DNA of 32,000 nucleotides from Mycolicibacter longobardus (GTDB lineage Bacteria; Actinomycetota; Actinomycetes; Mycobacteriales; Mycobacteriaceae): NCBI RefSeq assembly GCF_002102265.1, contig NZ_LQPG01000038.1, positions 1 to 32,000 of the forward strand, read 5' to 3'. Shown piece by piece: positions 25,920 to 32,000 of this stretch (position 1 is its first letter; each line of letters starts with the position of its first letter). The notes under the pieces were generated by a model. It saw only the letters and a program-made list of their open reading frames with translations, ran no database searches and was not told where the DNA came from. The position numbers and the translations under genes were made by a program.

Positions 25920-27824
25920 ATGGCAGAACTGACGACATCCACGACCTCTTCCGTCCCAGACACTCTGGTCGATCTGCTGCGCCAGCGGTCCGCAAGTCTT
26001 CAGGACATGCCGGCGTTCATCTTCTGCCCGGAAGGCGACATAGAAGAAAGCCGCGTCACCTACCGCGAACTGGACAGGCGCGCCCGCTCGATCGCAGCGA
26101 GGCTGCAGAGCCAGGGCGCCGCCGGTGAGCGAGTCCTCGTGCTGTGCCGTCCCGGGATAGACAGCATCGCCGGACTGTTCGGCTGTTTCTACGCCGGTGC
26201 CGTCGCGGTTCCGGTCGACGAGCACTGGGCGGCCCGGCGGGTCGAGACCGTCGTCCCCGAAGCGCACGCACGTTTCGCGCTGGCCACCACCAAGACCCAA
26301 GCCAAGTTGCAGGCCGCGGTGGACGAGCTGGCCGAGGGGCCGGGCTTGACTTGGTTGCTGATGGATGACAGCCAGGGTGACCCGGCGGCCTGGGTGCCGC
26401 CGGAGATCGACGGAGACACCGTCGCGATGATCCAGTACACCTCGGGTTCCACCGGGGTGCCGAAGGGCTGCGTGCTCACGCACCGCAACTACCTGCACAA
26501 CCTGCAGGGCATCCTGCAGGCGTGGGACCCGCAGTCCGACGATCCGGTGTTCGACAGCGCGATCAGCGGGGTGTCCTGGCTACCGCAGTACCACGACATG
26601 GGCTTTGTCGGCGGCATCCTGGGCACGCTCTACGGCGGCGGTACCACCGTGTTGATGTCACCGAGCGCCTTCATGATGCGCCCCATCCGCTGGCTGCAGG
26701 CGATCTCGAGGTCCCGGGCGGGGATCAGCGCCGGACCCAACTTCGCCTACGACGCATGCGTCAAGCGCACCACCGCGGAGCAAGTCGCCGAACTGGATCT
26801 GTCGCACTGGTCGGAAGCGATTATCGGCGGCGGTCCGATCAGCGCGGCGACACTGCAGGCATTCAGCGAGAAGTTCGCGCCGGCCGGTTTCCGGGCGGAG
26901 GCGTTCCGCCCGGCCTATGGCCTGGCCGAGGCGACGCTGGGGGTGTCGGGAATGTCGGACTCCGCGGTGCCGGTGATCCGGCACATCGACCGCACCGCGC
27001 TCGGCGAGGACCGGGTTGTGGAGGCGGCCATCGACGCCTCTGAAAACATGGCGGCCGACTCCGTGGTCACCCTGGTGGGTTGCGGCAGTCGGCAGGGCGG
27101 CCAAGACGTTCTCATCGTGGACCCGGAGACCCGGCTGCGGTGCGGGCCCGACGAGGTCGGCGAGATCTGGGTCGCCGGGCCCAGCGTCGCGGTGGGCTAC
27201 TGGGAGCGGCCGGAGGAGACCGAGCATGCCTTCCACGCTCGGCTGGCCGACCCCGGCCAAGAATCCAGCGGCCCCTACCTGCGCACCGGCGACCTGGGAT
27301 TCTTCCGCGCCGACGAACTGTTCATAACCGGCCGGTGCAAGGACCTGATGACCATCGGCGGTTGCAGCCATTACCCCAACGACATCGAGATGACCGTGCA
27401 GGACTGCCACCCGGCGCTGCTGCCCGGACGCGGTGCGGCGTTCCAGCTGCCGACCAAGCGCCACGCCCCGGAGTACCTGGTGGTGGTGCAGGAGGTGCAC
27501 CGGCACGAAGCCGCGGGAGTCGACCCGAACGACCTGATCGAAGCGATCCGGACGGCGGTCCGCACCAACCACGGCATCGACGCACAGGCCGTCATGCTGC
27601 TCAAGCCGATGCGGATACCGACCACCACCAGCGGCAAGATCCAGCGCAGTGCGTGCCGCGACCAGTACGTCGCCGGCGAGCTGGTTGCGCTGGCGCACTG
27701 GCAGGAGCCGATGGCGCCGGACGACACCCCCGACGTCAAGGGTGCGCTGCTATCCGGCCTGATGCAGCTCGCAGCGACCGGGTTGGCGAAGCGTCTGCGG
27801 GAATCTAAGGGCCTGCAAGGCTAG
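25920..27824 (+). CDS. Adenylate-forming enzyme of the FadD / fatty-acyl-AMP ligase (FAAL) type
   Basis: 634 aa from ATG 25920 (MAELTTS...). The FAAL-like N-terminus reads TLVDLLRQRSASLQDMPAFIF...VTYRELDRRARSIAARL...GERVLVLCRPGIDSIAGLFGCFYAGAVAVP. Core motifs are IQYTSGSTGVPKG, GYWERPEET, LRTGDLGF and SGKIQR. The track's earlier start (25806) would read through the tandem repeat and is rejected. Confidence 0.85.
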   Translation: MAELTTSTTSSVPDTLVDLLRQRSASLQDMPAFIFCPEGDIEESRVTYRELDRRARSIAARLQSQGAAGERVLVLCRPGIDSIAGLFGCFYAGAVAVPVDEHWAARRVETVVPEAHARFALATTKTQAKLQAAVDELAEGPGLTWLLMDDSQGDPAAWVPPEIDGDTVAMIQYTSGSTGVPKGCVLTHRNYLHNLQGILQAWDPQSDDPVFDSAISGVSWLPQYHDMGFVGGILGTLYGGGTTVLMSPSAFMMRPIRWLQAISRSRAGISAGPNFAYDACVKRTTAEQVAELDLSHWSEAIIGGGPISAATLQAFSEKFAPAGFRAEAFRPAYGLAEATLGVSGMSDSAVPVIRHIDRTALGEDRVVEAAIDASENMAADSVVTLVGCGSRQGGQDVLIVDPETRLRCGPDEVGEIWVAGPSVAVGYWERPEETEHAFHARLADPGQESSGPYLRTGDLGFFRADELFITGRCKDLMTIGGCSHYPNDIEMTVQDCHPALLPGRGAAFQLPTKRHAPEYLVVVQEVHRHEAAGVDPNDLIEAIRTAVRTNHGIDAQAVMLLKPMRIPTTTSGKIQRSACRDQYVAGELVALAHWQEPMAPDDTPDVKGALLSGLMQLAATGLAKRLRESKGLQG

Positions 27825-28124
27825 TAGAAGCCACAGCTCAGCATTCCTGAGACGTCTAACAGATCTGAGATCTCCCAAGTAGAGACATCTCGTTGCCTCA
27901 GCATGTCCTGGGTCACATGAGCAGGGCATAAGTCCTGCGACCCCTATCACATGGACTCTGTTGCGACATGGGAATACAGGTTTCCGGCGCCATGGACATC
28001 TATCGCATCACGAGCAATATGGCCCGGGTTTTGATGAACTCGTTCCTTACAAAATTTCGGTTAGACAAAACGGAAAACTCATGTAAGTTTAAGCAACGTC
28101 CGTAGTCAGTGGTCATAGGAGAGC

Positions 28125-30437
28125 ATGATGCAGTTGGCGCTTCGCCCGTACGTCACCCCCGGCGTCGCCATTGCGGGTGCCGCCTTAATTGCGGTTAACG
28201 CCGCGGTCCCCACCGCGGTCCTGAGGCACCCCGCCGAGGCCCGCCAGGCGCTACAGAGCGTCGAGCGCCATGCTGTCCAGCTCACGGCGGACTTCTTTGG
28301 GCCGTGGACGGACCTGTTCACCAACACCACCGCCAACCTGGTGGCGATGGGGTCCGACAACGGCTGGGGAAATCTGTTCGAGCAGATCTTCACCGACCCG
28401 AGCTCGCTGAGCCGGCTGCCCGAGGTCTTCGACTGGCTGGGCAGCATCATGCCGCAGGTCAGCGGCAGCGACCCGATCATGATCCTGCTCTCGCCGATCC
28501 TGACGATCGGGATGGGCTTCATCGGCCCGATGATCACGGTGCACGACGCCTATCAGGACATCCTCAACCAGATCTTCAACCCGAGTGACCCGCTCGACCC
28601 GTTCGCGGCGATGTTCACCGCGCCGGCGCGACTGCTCGACGCCTACCTCAACGGCACGAGCACCGTCGATGTGCTCGGCATCCAGGTCCCCGCCTTCAAC
28701 GGAATCCTGGTCCCCGGCCAGAACCTGGTCATCGACATGACCGCGGGCGATCTGGTCAACGAGCTGAACATCGGCAACGAGACCATCTCCAGCCTGCTCG
28801 ACCAGACCGGGATCGGCACCCTGTCGATCGCGGACATGCTGACCGGCGTGCTGGACGCCGTCGGTCTCGGCGACCAGACCCCTGTCGACCTGCTCGACAC
28901 GCTCGGGCTCGGCGACCTGGAGGTCGCCAGCGTGTTGTCGACCTTGACCGACGCGCTGGGCATCGGCAACCCCACCATCGCCGACATCATGGACCAGATC
29001 GGCATCGGCAACGTTCAGGTCGCCGACCTGGTGATCGACTTCACCGAGGCGCTGGGCTTCAACAACCCGACCATCAACGACATCGCCGGCGACGTCGGCC
29101 TGGCCGACCTCAAGTTGGCCGACCTGGGTATGACGGTGTTCAACGCCCTGGGCATCGGTGACCCGACGGTCAGCGGCCTGCTCGACACGATCGGCGCCGG
29201 CGACCTGACGCTGAACGGCCTGCTGACCACCGCGGTCGACGCGCTGGGCCTCGGCGGCTCCACACCGGCGACCCTGCTCGACGCGATGGGCATCGGCCAA
29301 CAGACCACCCACGAGTTCGTGGGCTCGCTCCTCAACGGCTTGGGCCTGGGCAACCAGACCATCATGGACCTGCTGAGTCAGGCCGGCCTGGCCGACGCCG
29401 ACCTCGGCGCACTGGCTGCCGCTGTCCTCGGCCCTGCGGGCGACACCTCGATGGCCGACGTTCTCGACTATGCGGGCTTCGGCACCGTCACGGTCAAGGA
29501 CCTCACCGACCTGATGGGCCTCACCAACTTCTCGCTGGGCGCGCTGGTCGGCAACCTGAACAGCATGGGGCTGATCGGCAACCTCACCATCGACGACTTC
29601 CTCGCCGCCTCCGGCGCCACGCCGCTGGACAAGGGCGGCGACACAACGCTGGCCTCAGCGCTGGCCGGAACGACCATCGGCAGCATTCTGGAAGACCAGG
29701 GCATGTTGAACTCGCCACTCATTTCGCTGCTCGGCGACATGGGCAACCAATCGCTGGTCGAAGTGATCCAGGCCAACTTCTCGATGACGCTGGGCGACAT
29801 GCTCCTTCAGGGCGGTATGGGCGACCAGACCCTGAGCGAGCTGGTGCTGTCGAGCCTGCCCAACCAGCCGCTGTCGGAGTTGCTCGGAGTGATGGGCAAC
29901 ACCACCCTCGCCCAGCTGATCGACCAGATGGTGCCGTCCAACGTGACCATCGTCGACATGCTCAACGACGCGGGCATCGGCGACCAGCACCTGTCCGACC
30001 TGCTCAACCAGTTCCTCGGTGACCAGACCGTGGCCAACGCGCTCGACGACGGCGGCCTGGGCAGCATGCACCTCAACGACATCATCAGCCAGGCGCTGGG
30101 CACCCAGAGCCTCAACGACATGCTCAACGAGTTCGGCATCGGCGGTCAGTCGCTCAGCGACCTGTTCGACCAGTTCTTCGGCACCACGACCATCAGTGAG
30201 GCGTTCGCCGGCCTGGGCAGCCAGACCCTGAACGAGCTGGTCGACTCGCTGTTCGGGTCCGCGACCCTGAGTTCACTGCTCGGCGACTTCGGCGCCCAGA
30301 CCGTCGACGAGTTGCTCGCCTCGCTGGGCCTGGGTGATCTCACCCTGATCAACGCGCAGATCGAAGAGTTCTTCGGCTCGATGGCCTACTTCATCGACGG
30401 CCTGCCGAACCAGATTGCGGAGATCCTCGGTGGCTAA
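28125..30437 (+). CDS. Highly acidic Asp/Leu/Gly repeat protein with N-terminal hydrophobic anchor/signal; unknown family
   Basis: 770 aa. GGAGAG (28117-28122) precedes the tandem ATGs at 28125/28128; 28128 (MQLALRPYVT) matches the paralogue's start and has the better spacing. The architecture is an N-terminal hydrophobic segment (VAIAGAALIAVNAAVP), a ~190-aa conserved domain, then about 550 aa of 12-18-residue repeats. TAA stop at 30435-30437. Confidence 0.85.
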   Translation: MMQLALRPYVTPGVAIAGAALIAVNAAVPTAVLRHPAEARQALQSVERHAVQLTADFFGPWTDLFTNTTANLVAMGSDNGWGNLFEQIFTDPSSLSRLPEVFDWLGSIMPQVSGSDPIMILLSPILTIGMGFIGPMITVHDAYQDILNQIFNPSDPLDPFAAMFTAPARLLDAYLNGTSTVDVLGIQVPAFNGILVPGQNLVIDMTAGDLVNELNIGNETISSLLDQTGIGTLSIADMLTGVLDAVGLGDQTPVDLLDTLGLGDLEVASVLSTLTDALGIGNPTIADIMDQIGIGNVQVADLVIDFTEALGFNNPTINDIAGDVGLADLKLADLGMTVFNALGIGDPTVSGLLDTIGAGDLTLNGLLTTAVDALGLGGSTPATLLDAMGIGQQTTHEFVGSLLNGLGLGNQTIMDLLSQAGLADADLGALAAAVLGPAGDTSMADVLDYAGFGTVTVKDLTDLMGLTNFSLGALVGNLNSMGLIGNLTIDDFLAASGATPLDKGGDTTLASALAGTTIGSILEDQGMLNSPLISLLGDMGNQSLVEVIQANFSMTLGDMLLQGGMGDQTLSELVLSSLPNQPLSELLGVMGNTTLAQLIDQMVPSNVTIVDMLNDAGIGDQHLSDLLNQFLGDQTVANALDDGGLGSMHLNDIISQALGTQSLNDMLNEFGIGGQSLSDLFDQFFGTTTISEAFAGLGSQTLNELVDSLFGSATLSSLLGDFGAQTVDELLASLGLGDLTLINAQIEEFFGSMAYFIDGLPNQIAEILGG
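28770..29441 (+). repeat. Seven consecutive 96-nt (32-aa) super-repeats, each an alternating 14-aa + 18-aa unit
   Basis: Across aa 216-439, the 14-aa units are IGNETISSLLDQTG, LGDQTPVDLLDTLG, IGNPTIADIMDQIG, FNNPTINDIAGDVG, IGDPTVSGLLDTIG, LGGSTPATLLDAMG and LGNQTIMDLLSQAG. The 18-aa units are IGTLSIADMLTGVLDAVG, LGDLEVASVLSTLTDALG, IGNVQVADLVIDFTEALG, LADLKLADLGMTVFNALG, AGDLTLNGLLTTAVDALG, IGQQTTHEFVGSLLNGLG and LADADLGALAAAVLGPAG. The two unit types alternate strictly. Confidence 0.9.
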
Positions 30438-30477
30438 GCGACAAGACAACTTCGGAACTTCTGTCCGGGAGGGCATC

Positions 30478-32000
30478 ATGCAGCAAACACTTCGTCCGTA
30501 CGTCACCACCGGGCTGGCGATCGTCGGTGTGGGCCTGGTCGCCGCGCCGCCGGTCGCGTCGCACCTGCCGCAGCTGCAGCATGAGCTTGCGGTCGTCCAG
30601 CAGCGGGACGTGGTGCTGACGGACTTCTTCTCGCCCTGGACGGACCTGTTCGCCAACACCACCGCCAACCTGCAGGCGCTGAACCAGAACTCAGTCGACA
30701 TGTGGGGGCTGATGGTTCATATCTTCACCAACCCCCAGCAGGCGCTGGCCGGCATCCCGGACGTCATCAACATCTTCACCAACCCGCTGCCCGGCCTTGA
30801 CGTTCAGGCATTGCCCTTCCCGGTCGATGTCGACCTGCAACTGCCGCTCTGGGCGACTTCGCTGCTCACCAGCATGGGCCCGATGATCAACGTCTTCAAC
30901 GCGATGCAGCAGCTGATACAGCAGATCTTCGACTTCAGCGACCCGATGGGGGCGCTCTCCGCCCTGATGGGCGCGCCGGCGACCCTGCTGGACGCCTTCC
31001 TCAACGGCTCCTCCAGCTTCGACTTTCTGGGCTTCAGCATCCCGCTGTTCAACGGGATCCTCACCCCGGCTCAGCCCGGCATCAGCATTGACATCGGCAC
31101 CATTGTCGACGCCTCCGGCCTGGGCAACTCGACCATTACCGACCTGCTCACCCAGGCCGGTATCGGCGACACGCCGCTGGACACGTTGATCATCGATCTG
31201 CTCGACCAGGTCGGCTATGGCCACATGACGCCGGTGGACCTGCTCGAAGAGTTCGGGATCGGCACGGAGAGCCTGTCCAACCTGCTGATCGGACTGTTCA
31301 ACGAGGCGGGAATCGGCAACCCGACGATCGCCGACCTGCTGACCGACCTCGGCGGCATCAGCCCGGACGACTCGATCGCGAGCCTGTTGATCGCCCTGCT
31401 CAACTCCCCGGAAGTCGGGATCGGCAACCCCACCCTCTCCGAGCTGATCCTCGGCTTGGTCGGCGGCGACGACCAGACCGTGGGCGGGCTGATCAAGGAT
31501 CTGCTCGGCGCTCAGGGCAGCGAGTCCCTGTCCAGCCTGGTCGACCCGACCTGGACTGTCGGTGGCCTGCTGCGGGACTCGATGGGCAACCCGCCGCTGA
31601 CCGAGTTCTTCGAGCAGATCGGCCTGGGCGGCATCACTGTCGGCTCGCTCACCGGCATCTTGGGCGAGTACGGCGACCAGACGCTGATCGAGCTGATGAA
31701 CGAAGGCTTCCTCGGCCCGGATATCACCGGTGGCACCGGACTGCTCGAGCTGTTGTCTTCCTTCTTCCCGCCCGGCAGCACCCTCGGTGACCTGCTCGGC
31801 CCCATGGCCACTCAGACAGTCGGCGAGTTGCTGGAGTCGATGCCGGTCGGTGAGAACGAACTCGGCATCGACCCGCTCACCCCGCTGACCGACATCAGGT
31901 TCACCCAGCTGATGACGATCGCCGGTATGGGCGACACGCCGCTGGCCGAGCTCTCCCCGGAGAACGCCAGCCTGATCAATAAGATCGGAAACCCCACCCT
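30478..32000 (+). CDS. Paralogue of the acidic Asp/Leu/Gly repeat protein, 3'-truncated by the window edge
   Basis: ATG 30478 is preceded by GGGAGGG (30465-30471), 40 nt after the upstream stop. Frame 1 is open to the end of the window, which is why it is absent from the ORF track. Translation starts MQQTLRPYVTTGLAIVGVGLVAAPP...DFFSPWTDLFANTTANL...MGPMINVFNAMQQLIQQIFDFSDP...APATLLDAFLNGSS...PLFNGILTP. The same 14/18-aa repeats follow: LGNSTITDLLTQAG, IGDTPLDTLIIDLLDQVG, YGHMTPVDLLEEFG, IGTESLSNLLIGLFNEAG, IGNPTIADLLTDLG... Confidence 0.85.
   Translation, partial: MQQTLRPYVTTGLAIVGVGLVAAPPVASHLPQLQHELAVVQQRDVVLTDFFSPWTDLFANTTANLQALNQNSVDMWGLMVHIFTNPQQALAGIPDVINIFTNPLPGLDVQALPFPVDVDLQLPLWATSLLTSMGPMINVFNAMQQLIQQIFDFSDPMGALSALMGAPATLLDAFLNGSSSFDFLGFSIPLFNGILTPAQPGISIDIGTIVDASGLGNSTITDLLTQAGIGDTPLDTLIIDLLDQVGYGHMTPVDLLEEFGIGTESLSNLLIGLFNEAGIGNPTIADLLTDLGGISPDDSIASLLIALLNSPEVGIGNPTLSELILGLVGGDDQTVGGLIKDLLGAQGSESLSSLVDPTWTVGGLLRDSMGNPPLTEFFEQIGLGGITVGSLTGILGEYGDQTLIELMNEGFLGPDITGGTGLLELLSSFFPPGSTLGDLLGPMATQTVGELLESMPVGENELGIDPLTPLTDIRFTQLMTIAGMGDTPLAELSPENASLINKIGNPT

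Noticed and set aside
28085-28101. The 17-mer AAGTTTAAGCAACGTCC upstream of the acidic repeat gene nearly matches AAGTTTAAGCAGCGTCC at 19181-19197 in the rfbD-GtrA intergenic region (16/17). This could be a shared regulatory motif.
   Set aside because: A rough estimate of the number of 16/17 matches expected by chance among all position pairs in 32 kb on both strands is of order one to several. The two copies are also in opposite orientation relative to their downstream genes. It is noted but not claimed.
28770-29441. The G-I-G / G-L-G turns in the 14/18-aa repeats resemble the helix-hairpin-helix (HhH) DNA-binding motif (hxxhxGhGxxxAxxhh).
   Set aside because: The register is off by one residue relative to the HhH consensus in most units. 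The proteins are also extremely acidic, which is incompatible with non-specific DNA backbone binding. It is treated as superficial similarity.

Overview
Very GC-rich, Mycobacterium-type chromosomal segment from the slow-grower, PE_PGRS-bearing clade. All calls rest on reading the sequence and ORF track, motif recognition and remembered M. tuberculosis H37Rv gene order; no searches were run.

Layout:
(1) 1-4785: 3' part of a huge PGRS-type glycine-rich gene, truncated by the window edge. It contains a 2 x 657-nt tandem duplication and ends at a textbook intrinsic terminator.
(2) 4786-5502: long non-coding region whose G+C drops in its 3' part.
(3) 5503-17262: a single 11.76-kb ORF (3,919 aa). 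It encodes a glycine-rich PGRS-like protein that starts with a classical signal peptide and an acidic ~90-aa domain instead of a PE domain. At a (Gly)10 hinge it switches to a Thr/Ser/Ala/Gly strand-like repeat region built from ~1.26-kb super-repeats.
(4) 17361-18762: two adjacent vapBC toxin-antitoxin operons, both apparently leaderless.
(5) 18765-25589: conserved cell-wall (arabinogalactan) core cluster on the minus strand. It holds GtrA-family (Rv3789-like), rfbD/wzm, glfT1, rfbE/wzt, bpa (GQYL proteasome activator) and an Rv3779-like GT-C membrane glycosyltransferase, with a divergent class-V aminotransferase-fold gene (Rv3778c-like).
(6) 25590-32000: a 55-bp-period MIRU-like tandem repeat, a fatty-acyl-AMP-ligase-type (FadD/FAAL) gene, an AT-rich spacer, and two tandem paralogous genes. 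These encode very acidic, N-terminally anchored proteins made of alternating 14/18-residue Asp/Leu/Gly repeats that I cannot assign to any family.

Most interesting candidates: the PE-less, signal-peptide-bearing giant PGRS chimera, and the FAAL-adjacent pair of acidic 14+18-residue repeat proteins.

Most other ORFs in the six-frame track are alternative-frame or antisense artefacts of GC-rich repeat DNA.
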